A stretch of 8,000 nt of DNA from an uncultured archaeon (GCA_964426185.1 CAYRPF010000073.1:8075-16074), one strand, 5' to 3'; shown: positions 1-7,722, counted from the first letter of the stretch. Notes: a model not told the origin generated them from the sequence alone. Translations and numbers: made by a program.

Positions 1-128
1 ATTACTATGCTTGTGATTGTTAAATCATGCTGCCTTAGCACCACCACGTTAAGCTGTTAGCATCAAATGGGAAATCTCGCTTCAAGCAGAAAGACAGCTA
101 TTTGAAGCATTGTCAGGAAAAAAAGGTT

Positions 129-785
129 TTATTCTATTGTAAAATAATTCCGAATCTGTTTTAAAAATGAATTACTATGTTGAATTATCGCATTGGTCAT
201 TGCTTTTTCATCTTTATTTTCTAAGGCGGTGACCATATCATCCATACTTTTAATAATATTGCCAACATCCGTCACACGAGCTTGGGTGTGTGCCCACATG
301 CGATTTACATGGAGGTAGTATTTTTCAGATGTACTACGCAAAAGCTCATTTTTACAGACATTGCGTATCTTAGTATGAAATTCCTTATCTAGAGCTATAA
401 ATTCGGAATAATTTTCTTCTACATTCAACTGATGGATTTTTTCCATAATCGCTTTAAGCTCTTGAAGCTCTTGTGGTGTAATTTTTTTGAGCACAAACTT
501 TCCAAGTAACTTTTCAATTTCAATCCGAATTTCCATTATTTCCCCTATGGCTCTAAAATCAATTTCTTTTACCTGAATCCCAATTTTATGGATAAATGTG
601 ATAAAGCCTAAATTTTCTAAACGATAAAAAACTTCGCGTACTACAGGTCTGCTAACTCCAAATTCTTCAGCAAGCCCTTTTTCATTCAAAATTTGACCGG
701 GTTTGAATTCTAGCTCGACAATACGCTCTAAAATTTTTTTGAAAACTTCTTCTTTTTTGTTTTTTCTTATTTGAATTGTCAACAT
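129..785 (-). CDS. GntR-family transcriptional regulator, FadR subfamily (N-terminal wHTH + FCD domain), ~218 aa
   Basis: Typical GntR HTH 'ILERIVELEFKPGQILNEKGLAEEFGVSRPVVREVFYRLENLG' and FCD motifs 'LDKEFHTKI...NELL' and 'IIQH'. The ORF-track start at 842 adds 19 non-homologous-looking residues, so the ATG at 785 is preferred. Confidence 0.93.
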   Translation of the reverse strand: MLTIQIRKNKKEEVFKKILERIVELEFKPGQILNEKGLAEEFGVSRPVVREVFYRLENLGFITFIHKIGIQVKEIDFRAIGEIMEIRIEIEKLLGKFVLKKITPQELQELKAIMEKIHQLNVEENYSEFIALDKEFHTKIRNVCKNELLRSTSEKYYLHVNRMWAHTQARVTDVGNIIKSMDDMVTALENKDEKAMTNAIIQHSNSFLKQIRNYFTIE

Positions 786-815
786 CAAGTAGACATTGAA
801 TAAAGAACAAATAAA
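777..815 (-). promoter_or_regulatory. Putative gntR promoter: TATA-like TTTATTT (815-809, minus strand) plus operator pair TGTCAACA (777-784) / AGTAGACA (788-795)
   Basis: The TATA-like box lies 24-30 nt upstream of the ATG at 785, compatible with a leaderless transcript. Two TGT-NN-ACA-like boxes 11 bp apart overlap the start region. Confidence 0.5.
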
Positions 816-874
816 TCTTTCTATTCTAATTATTAAAAACAAAGATCAAAATAAATTTTTCTATTAATGGTTAC

Positions 875-911
875 TTTAAATGCAATTCAATATGTTTACA
901 TTATGTATACA
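875..911 (+). promoter_or_regulatory. Putative promoter of the PLP enzyme gene: TATA-like TTTAAATG (875-882) plus operator pair TGTTTACA (893-900) / TGTATACA (904-911)
   Basis: Palindromic TGT-NN-ACA boxes resemble known FadR-subfamily GntR operators. They show the same 11-bp spacing as the pair at the gntR start and overlap the expected transcription start. Confidence 0.55.
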
Positions 912-991
912 ATATAATATTCTAGATTAACAATATTGAATGAAAACACACTCTGATACTTCTAAAATCAAAATTATAATTGGTGCAAATC

Positions 992-2101
992 ATGAAAGAA
1001 TATCTACTCTTTGAAAAATACCCAAAGCTTAAAATTCTCGATCCCTTGCCTATAGTTAATAGTCCAACACCTATTTTCCCTTTAAAGCATACCAGTAAAG
1101 CACTAGGTGCTTCAATTTGGATTAAGAATGACGGAATAACCATGAACGAATATGGTGGTAATAAACCTCGAAAACTGGCATTTATCTTGCGAGATGTTAT
1201 CAAACAATCGAAAACCACTGTAATCACTCAAGGCGGATTGGGGAGCAACCATTGTCTTGCAACAGTGGTTAGCGCAAAAAAAGCAAATCTTAATGCAGCG
1301 ATCTATTTGGATTGGCAACGGTTAAACCCACATGTCCGCAATAATATGTTGGCCGACCATTATTTTGGCGCTGAAATGATCTATTCCCCAAACCGAGAAG
1401 AGACAACCAAGAAAATCCAAAAGCGTCTTATGGAGGATCCTAATGCATATTTTATACCTACAGGAGGTAGCTCTCCGTTGGGAACAGTGGGGTTTGTCAA
1501 TGCTGCATTTGAATTGGCAGAACAAATTAAAACTTTAAATATTCCTACCCCAGATCAAATTTATGTGGCTTTTGGTTCGGGAGGAACCTGTGCAGGGCTT
1601 TTAATTGGATCGATTCTAGCAGGTATACAAACCCAAATTGTTGGGGTTCAAGTTTATATCGAAAACGAAGATACAGTGTTGAAGCTTGCACAAGAAACAT
1701 TAGAACTCCTCCGGGAGATTGAACCTAATATTCCTCAATACACATCCAAAGAATTACGGCTGTATTTGAAAGTAACCGCCCAATTTTTTGGAGGAGAATA
1801 TGGGATAACAACTAAAGAAGGGATCGAAGCCCAGAAATTAATTCAATCAGATGGTATCCAGCTCGAAACAACCTATACAGCCAAATGTTTTTCCGCAGTG
1901 GTAGATCATTGTAACAATATTGAAACGAAATCAAATCGCAATATTCTGTACTGGCATACCTTTAATTCTCTAGATATTTCAAGTAAGTACTCTTCTGTAG
2001 ATTACAGGCAATTACATTCAGATTTTCATCAATTTTTCGATGGAACTGTGCCTTTTGATGAAGAAATTGTCAACTGCAAAGAGCAAAAATCATTTCATTG
2101 A
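992..2101 (+). CDS. PLP-dependent D-cysteine desulfhydrase / ACC deaminase family protein (fold type II)
   Basis: Motifs 'PTPIFPL', 'IWIKND', 'YGGNKPRKL' (PLP lysine), 'GGLGSNH', 'IPTGGSSPLGTVGF', 'VAFGSGGTCAGL', 'LETTYTAK', 'YWHT'. ATG at 992 is preferred over TTG at 980. Y-T rather than Y-E at the specificity position argues against a true ACC deaminase. Confidence 0.9.
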   Translation: MKEYLLFEKYPKLKILDPLPIVNSPTPIFPLKHTSKALGASIWIKNDGITMNEYGGNKPRKLAFILRDVIKQSKTTVITQGGLGSNHCLATVVSAKKANLNAAIYLDWQRLNPHVRNNMLADHYFGAEMIYSPNREETTKKIQKRLMEDPNAYFIPTGGSSPLGTVGFVNAAFELAEQIKTLNIPTPDQIYVAFGSGGTCAGLLIGSILAGIQTQIVGVQVYIENEDTVLKLAQETLELLREIEPNIPQYTSKELRLYLKVTAQFFGGEYGITTKEGIEAQKLIQSDGIQLETTYTAKCFSAVVDHCNNIETKSNRNILYWHTFNSLDISSKYSSVDYRQLHSDFHQFFDGTVPFDEEIVNCKEQKSFH

Positions 2102-2193
2102 GAACTCTGAAAAAAATCAGTATCATCATCGGAACTTGAATCATCATCTCCATGAAAAGAACTTGCAGAAAGTGACAGGGAAAAATCCACGTT

Positions 2194-3306
2194 CTATTCC
2201 ACTTTAAACGAAGTCCATTTTTCTAAGAACTCAAGCTTTACGTCCACGCCTAACCCGGGTTCATCCGACACATTGATCAAGCTCTTGTTGGTTTCGCCAT
2301 ATTGCATTCCCCCGATTATTGGATCTTCAGCTAACATCATGGCAGAATCTAAATCTAGAAAAACAATATTGGGTCTGGCGATTACTAAATGTGCTGCCGC
2401 TGTAAGACCAAGGCGGCTTTCACTGAAGCACCCAATCATACATTTGGCACCATAAGACTCGGCAATAGCATTGATCTTCAATCCAGTATGGATTCCACCT
2501 GATTTTGCAAGCTTAATGTTGAGATAGTCCGCTGCCCCCAATTTACAGATCTTAAAGGCATCGATATCGTTGAAGACTGATTCATCGGCACAAACGGGAA
2601 TATTTATCTTTTCGCGTAATCGAACCATATCATCCAAGTTCCAGACCGACATGGGCTGTTCAAAGTATAGCAAATTTAGGGGTTCCATGAGGCGGGCATT
2701 TCGTAAAGATTGCGCAAGATCCCAGCCTTGATTGCAATCTATTTTTAAATGCACATCAGGACCGACAACCTCACGCACTGCTTTAACATGAAGGAAATCA
2801 GTATTACCGGGGCGACCAGTTTTCATTTTGATCTCGTTGAATCCTTCTTGCAGATATTTTTTGGCCAAATTCTGCACATCTTCTTCAGTTTCTTCGTGTC
2901 CCATAGTCATGTCTGTGCGAAGCTGGCGGTTTTTCCCACCTAAAAGCTTATAAATCGGTTGGATACTTTCCTTGCCCAAAATATCCCACATTGCCATATC
3001 AAATGCGGAGCGAATGGAAGGATGGGTCGGTAGATAACGGGTGATTAAATGTAAATTTTCTTCAATTGCGGTGGGATCTTGCCCAATTAATAGTTTTGCC
3101 AGAAATTTTGCCGCTTCAATGCCAGTTGCTTGTGTTTCTCCCGTGATAAATGAATAAGGACTCGCTTCTCCCCATCCATATATCCCCGCATCGGTGTTAA
3201 TGCGGATCAAAACATTTTCAGCCGAAGCCATAGCGCCCAAAGACACTTTACAAACATAATCTAACTCCATGTCCATTTTGTAGATGTCAACGCTGGTTAT
3301 TTTCAT
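2194..3306 (-). CDS. Dipeptide epimerase (enolase superfamily, MLE subgroup; L-Ala-D/L-Glu epimerase family)
   Basis: 'GWGEA', catalytic KxK ('IKMKTG'), metal ligands 'DCNQGW', 'EQP' and 'DES', second lysine 'NIKLAKSGG', and the DxD motif 'DLD' characteristic of dipeptide epimerases. GGAGA SD-like motif at 3319-3315. Confidence 0.93.
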   Translation of the reverse strand: MKITSVDIYKMDMELDYVCKVSLGAMASAENVLIRINTDAGIYGWGEASPYSFITGETQATGIEAAKFLAKLLIGQDPTAIEENLHLITRYLPTHPSIRSAFDMAMWDILGKESIQPIYKLLGGKNRQLRTDMTMGHEETEEDVQNLAKKYLQEGFNEIKMKTGRPGNTDFLHVKAVREVVGPDVHLKIDCNQGWDLAQSLRNARLMEPLNLLYFEQPMSVWNLDDMVRLREKINIPVCADESVFNDIDAFKICKLGAADYLNIKLAKSGGIHTGLKINAIAESYGAKCMIGCFSESRLGLTAAAHLVIARPNIVFLDLDSAMMLAEDPIIGGMQYGETNKSLINVSDEPGLGVDVKLEFLEKWTSFKVE

Positions 3307-3444
3307 TTTAGATTTCTCCAGAATTATATTAATAATTAAAACAAATCATTAAAAACATTATTATATAGCACATTTTCTTTAAAAGGAAGATATAGCATTC
3401 CTAAAAAATAAAAAAATCATTTCTCTCTGCATATTCAAATGTAA

Positions 3445-5118
3445 ATGAGTAGAAAAATAATTTCAATGTCTGTTAATCGTAATTATAATAGTGAACGATT
3501 TCAAAATAATTCTTTCCAGGAAACAAATCCTCCAAAATCAAATTTCAACGAACACACTCAAAATTATTATTCACCTATAAAATCCTCCTATAACCTGAGA
3601 AAAACTAAAGAAAAAATCAATAATTCCATTTCCATTTCAAGTGGACTGAAATATCAAGATTTATTTCATTCCCGAAAAGATTTGTTCAGTATTGATTTGA
3701 AAAATCAATATTCTACCATTCTCGCTTATATTCATGAAAAAGATCGCTTTTTGCGCTCATTTTATCAAGAATTTTGCTCTCATCCATCTTTGGATTTAAC
3801 CCGATATAAATCCAACACTCTAAATCCATATACCGAATCTTCTTTCTTTCATACCCTTAATTATTCCCAAAAGCAACAACTGAATCATCTTCAAGGAGCT
3901 ATAATTGCAGCTGTCGACGGAGGATTGGGTATTCGCGAATTTCAAGGATTAGATTTGACTTTAATCAAGGCTGTGGTAGTGGAATATGATTTCAAAAATC
4001 CCTTTCATCCTCAGATCAGTTATTTCCCCACTAAAGAATCTGATGCCAATTTTGCCCTTTACACAGATTACGGGATTAATCGTTCCAAAAATGTCTCTTC
4101 ATTGGCAAGTTTTCGTCGAATTTTAGCAGAAAATTCAATGGTTCTCGACTATATAACCCATAAGAAGGAATTAGAGTTAAGAAACCGGGCAATCCCAATG
4201 ATCATAGTTCTTGACGGTAGCATTCATCTCCCACCTATTCAGCATTTCTACAACTTACTTCAGTCATTTCCCAAATTGTGTCTGGAGGTGATTGAGAGCT
4301 ACCGAATTTTATATCAAACCTGCGCGCAAAATGGAATTTGGTTGGTAGGTTCTGTAAAGGATTCACGCACCAGCCAATTGAGGGATCTTCTCATTAAAAG
4401 TATTCCCAAACTCCTTAAACAGCTAAACCTCAAGGATAATTCTTCTTTTCTTCAATTTAACTATCGACAGCAGCTGTTAGGATTATCGGATTATGAACTA
4501 CTATATCGGATAATGAAGCCACATTCACGCACAGTAATTATTCAAGAAACTCGAGATTTTAAGATAAATCCACCTTCTTTGTCCACATTACCATTATACG
4601 GCGAAAATACTATGTTTGGAGATCAAACCCTCATTTTAACTTCTTTATTTCAAACTCGGATCCAATATTCTGTTTTTTATTCCTATCTTAGACTATCTCA
4701 GAAAGATTTACCGCTACGATTTGAGCTCTATTGCCCGTCTTCAATTAATCCCGAAATCGGTCAAAAACAATTTGTTAAAATTATCGAAATCCTTTCACCA
4801 ATATCATCGATTGAACCGACTTGTACCTTGCCCCTCCCGCAAATTGAAGCTCATTTACGCGCCCACCTTTCCGAAAAAGAAGTTGATTTAATCCTTAATC
4901 CATTAATTTCCCGATTGAATCTTCCTTTTTCCAGCTTGGTCTCAGAAAATTTTCCAAAAAATCCATCTCCAGCTGAATCAGCCAATTTGGCTGAAAATAC
5001 AATCAAATCACGTGTAAAAAATACTTCAGATTCTTCTAACATTCAAGACAATACTCAATTAAGTTCTCAACCTTCATTTATTAGCTCGCGTCATACACGT
5101 CTAGATCTCCTTTTCTAA
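3445..5118 (+). CDS. nurA: NurA-family 5'-3' nuclease with long low-complexity N- and C-terminal extensions
   Basis: NurA RNase H-like motifs 'IIAAVDGG', 'IIVLDGSI', 'GSVKDSRT', 'PLRFE' and 'P..PQIEAHLRAHLS'. The exact start codon is uncertain. Confidence 0.82.
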   Translation: MSRKIISMSVNRNYNSERFQNNSFQETNPPKSNFNEHTQNYYSPIKSSYNLRKTKEKINNSISISSGLKYQDLFHSRKDLFSIDLKNQYSTILAYIHEKDRFLRSFYQEFCSHPSLDLTRYKSNTLNPYTESSFFHTLNYSQKQQLNHLQGAIIAAVDGGLGIREFQGLDLTLIKAVVVEYDFKNPFHPQISYFPTKESDANFALYTDYGINRSKNVSSLASFRRILAENSMVLDYITHKKELELRNRAIPMIIVLDGSIHLPPIQHFYNLLQSFPKLCLEVIESYRILYQTCAQNGIWLVGSVKDSRTSQLRDLLIKSIPKLLKQLNLKDNSSFLQFNYRQQLLGLSDYELLYRIMKPHSRTVIIQETRDFKINPPSLSTLPLYGENTMFGDQTLILTSLFQTRIQYSVFYSYLRLSQKDLPLRFELYCPSSINPEIGQKQFVKIIEILSPISSIEPTCTLPLPQIEAHLRAHLSEKEVDLILNPLISRLNLPFSSLVSENFPKNPSPAESANLAENTIKSRVKNTSDSSNIQDNTQLSSQPSFISSRHTRLDLLF

Positions 5119-5381
5119 TTTCACCAGCTTCATATTCAATCCAATATGTTACTTCTTAGCCAAGAGTTTATAGTGTTATAGTGAGTGGGTATATACCTTC
5201 TATGATCTTTAATCTCTCTCTTGGCTACTTTTTTTTACTCACATTTTTACAATTCATAAAAAGCTGTCTTTTATTAGGATATCAAAATAACTTTAATAAG
5301 TGACATTCACATATTTATTGATAGTATTCGAATTCTCCGATTATTAAACAATAAAGAAAATAATTCCTAAACGGTGAAATA

Positions 5382-5948
5382 ATGAGCACAGACTTTACCT
5401 TTAAACTTTTGATGCTGGGTGACGCAAGTGTTGGAAAAACAAGTCTTACACATCGCTATATCACAGGAGTTTTCATAGATTCGCCCCGTCTCACAATAGG
5501 CGTCGATTTTTTCTCTAAAAAAGTAAGACTTCCCAATGGAAAAAAGGTAAAACTGCAAATTTGGGACTTCGGTGGTGAGGGACGTTTTCGATTTCTACTT
5601 CCAACGTATTCTAAGGGATCTAATGCTGCTTTATTCCTATACGATATTACATCAGAGAAATCCTTAGAAAGTATTGGAGCTTGGCTTGAGATTGTCCGTA
5701 AAAATGCAGGAAATATACCTATTTTTTTAGTGGGATCCAAAAGCGATTTAGAACCATATCGAAAAGTTTCAGCAGAATATGCTCAAGAAGTTGCCGATAG
5801 GAACTCATGTATATGCCATATCGAGCTTTCATCTAAAACAGGGGAAAATGTGGAAGAATCGTTTAAACTTATTACAGAATTACTTATTGAGGAATCGAAT
5901 CGATTATTTAAGGAATTTCTTGAAATGCAGGAGTCCAAAGAACCCTAA
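5382..5948 (+). CDS. Rab/Ras-like small GTPase (Asgard-type eukaryotic signature protein), 188 aa
   Basis: G1 'GDASVGKTS', G2/RabF1 'TIGVDF', RabF2/G3 'KLQIWDFGGE', 'RFRFL', 'LYDIT', G4 'SKSD', G5 'SSK'. No C-terminal Cys prenylation motif. SD-like GGTGA at 5373-5377. Confidence 0.95.
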   Translation: MSTDFTFKLLMLGDASVGKTSLTHRYITGVFIDSPRLTIGVDFFSKKVRLPNGKKVKLQIWDFGGEGRFRFLLPTYSKGSNAALFLYDITSEKSLESIGAWLEIVRKNAGNIPIFLVGSKSDLEPYRKVSAEYAQEVADRNSCICHIELSSKTGENVEESFKLITELLIEESNRLFKEFLEMQESKEP

Positions 5949-6066
5949 TAGATAAGTAAATAAATGGATAAATTTTAGTTATTTTCCCATCATTGAATTG
6001 AAAAAAAGGAACTCTTTGGAATTTCGCGGCTCTAAACTTTTCTTATTCCCCTTTAAGGTCAGTATC

Positions 6067-7188
6067 ATGAAGTATCAATCGAAACATCCCCGTTATTTGC
6101 TCAATACCATCTATTCTCTTAGTTTAGAGCCCAATCCTCTTAATAGTCCTTTGAATAGAATAATCAGTATTTATCTTCCCCCCCAATATTATGAAGATAC
6201 TTCCACACGCTATCCAGTAGTCTATGTTCTTCATGGATATGATGGACACGCGGGAAATTGGCTCGTCATGCCCGATTTGGATTTAATATCGTGGCAACCA
6301 GTGAAAATACTGATGAAATCTATCGGAAATGGTTTACACATTGATCAAGTTCCGACTTATAAATTACTAGATCGTCTTATTAAAACCCATAAAATACCAC
6401 CCTTGATTCTCGTTCAACCAGATGCCAGTTTACACATTCCGGTAAAAGGAGGATTAAAAGGGCTCGATGGCACCAGGTCTACAAAAGGTAGTTTTTACAT
6501 AAATTCGCCCTTTACGGGAAATTACTCGGATTACATAGTCAAAGATGTAATTAGATATATTGATGCAAATTTCCGCACTCTTAGCGATCCTTCTCATCGA
6601 GTTCTGATAGGAGGTTCGATGGGTGGTTTCGGTGCACTTTATTTGGGACATAAATATTCTCATCTTTTTTCCGCCATTGGGGCGTTAAGTCCAGCTAATG
6701 TGCTTTTAACTCATTTTAATTGGGAATTTGAGACCCCTCTTATCGCACGAATCATTGGTCATCGTTTAGCCCTTAAATTTGGTAAGATTATGTTCAATGA
6801 TATTCTTGAATCCATGGATATGATTTTTTCAGGCGATAGACCATTATTGCCAACCCTTTCTTTTAATTCTCTGGGAGTTTTAGAAGATTATGATCATGTT
6901 GCATGGCAAAACTGGGAGAAATATGACTTACTTCGCATTTACAGCCAAGATATTGATAAAATTCGCTCTAAAAAAATATTTCTTTCATGTGATCCTCATG
7001 ATGAGTATGGGTTATATCCTTTTGCCCAAGATATGCATTTTCTTTTAGAACGAAATAAGATTGTGCATTCTTCTTTTCTTGAGGAAGATCCGCGCACAGA
7101 GTTATCACCTCACATTTTTGGGATTGCTTTTAAATTTATCTCCGCTTTGCAGTATTGTACTTCTCATTTTTCAAACATAATAAAATAA
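6067..7188 (+). CDS. Alpha/beta-hydrolase, putative esterase (Fes / enterochelin-esterase-like family)
   Basis: 'IYLPPQY...RYPVVYVLHG', 'YIVKDVIRYIDANFRT', nucleophile elbow 'GGSMGGFGA', candidate Asp in 'CDPHDEYG' and His in 'SPHI'. ATG at 6067 is preferred over TTG at 5998. Confidence 0.9.
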   Translation: MKYQSKHPRYLLNTIYSLSLEPNPLNSPLNRIISIYLPPQYYEDTSTRYPVVYVLHGYDGHAGNWLVMPDLDLISWQPVKILMKSIGNGLHIDQVPTYKLLDRLIKTHKIPPLILVQPDASLHIPVKGGLKGLDGTRSTKGSFYINSPFTGNYSDYIVKDVIRYIDANFRTLSDPSHRVLIGGSMGGFGALYLGHKYSHLFSAIGALSPANVLLTHFNWEFETPLIARIIGHRLALKFGKIMFNDILESMDMIFSGDRPLLPTLSFNSLGVLEDYDHVAWQNWEKYDLLRIYSQDIDKIRSKKIFLSCDPHDEYGLYPFAQDMHFLLERNKIVHSSFLEEDPRTELSPHIFGIAFKFISALQYCTSHFSNIIK

Positions 7189-7324
7189 AAAAATAAAGCA
7201 AATGTAAATTGTAAAAAAAATTACTGTCATTTTATTTCCACATATCATCTTCTTCGATTTTCTATTCCGTAAAATTCTTAAGCGTTGCTTCGGAAAAGTA
7301 TGAAGAATGGAAACATAGAATTAA

Positions 7325-7333
7325 ATTTATATA
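7325..7333 (+). promoter_or_regulatory. TATA box of the 5S rRNA gene (ATTTATATA)
   Basis: Canonical archaeal TTTATATA ~21-28 nt upstream of the 5S 5' end, preceded by a purine-rich BRE-like stretch. Confidence 0.7.
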
Positions 7334-7353
7334 TTATGACATATTGTTTTACT

Positions 7354-7476
7354 TACTTTTCGGTCATAGCACCCGGAAACCATCTGTTCCCTTTCCGAAC
7401 ACAGAAATTAAGACGGGCCGCGTTGCAGTTAAGTAGTGATATCTCAAATATCGCGAACCTGTGAATCTGAAAAGTA
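7354..7476 (+). rRNA. rrf: 5S ribosomal RNA, stand-alone (~123 nt)
   Basis: Helix I TACTTTTCGG (7354-7363) pairs with CTGAAAAGTA (7467-7476). Conserved 5S landmarks 'GGTCATAGC', 'TCTGTTCCCTTTCCGAACACAGAAATTAAG', loop E 'AGTA...GCGAA' and helix IV GTGATAT/ATATCGC are present, and the length fits. Confidence 0.95.
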
Positions 7477-7498
7477 TTATTTTCTTTTCTTTCTTCTA
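7477..7498 (+). terminator. Oligo-T/pyrimidine tract terminating the 5S transcript
   Basis: TTATTTTCTTTTCTTTCTTCT directly follows the 5S 3' end, as is typical of archaeal terminators. Confidence 0.6.
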
Positions 7499-7722
7499 TA
7501 AACTGCTTGACTACCAAAAACCATTTTTCATCTATTTAATAAACAGTTGAAGGATTTACAATATTACCACGCAACAAAGAGTTGACATGTAGCATTTTAC
7601 ACGATATTACAATGTAATGTGTTGAATTACAGGATGCGATCACGTATATGGTGGTGTAAATTGAATTTTACGGTTTAATTATAAGTTAGTTTTCAAAAAA
7701 GGTAGAGATTCAGGAGTTCGGA

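Noticed and set aside
60-110. Cobalamin riboswitch, SECIS or tRNA at the left edge
   Set aside because: Only a GGGAA fragment and a simple stem; the B12-box, SECIS core and cloverleaf are not identifiable.
922-1525. Minus-strand ORFs 922-1227, 1112-1318 and 1322-1525
   Set aside because: Antisense shadows of the well-supported PLP enzyme gene, with no motifs.
992-2101. Calling the gene acdS (ACC deaminase)
   Set aside because: Lacks the diagnostic Glu of the YEGK motif.
2058-2207. 49-aa His-rich plus-strand ORF (MKKLSTAK...HHRNLNHHLHEK...)
   Set aside because: Overlaps the ends of both flanking genes, and the His codons derive from the same ATC/GAT triplet runs.
2273-2943. Plus-strand ORFs 2273-2455 and 2749-2943
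   Set aside because: Antisense to the epimerase, with no recognisable features.
4851-6663. Minus-strand ORFs 4851-5042, 5367-5558, 5456-5740 and 6454-6663
   Set aside because: Antisense shadows of nurA, the GTPase and the esterase.
7293-7301. GAAAAGTAT, identical to the 5S 3' end (7469-7477)
   Set aside because: Only 9 nt and AT-rich; too short to call an att site or target-site duplication.
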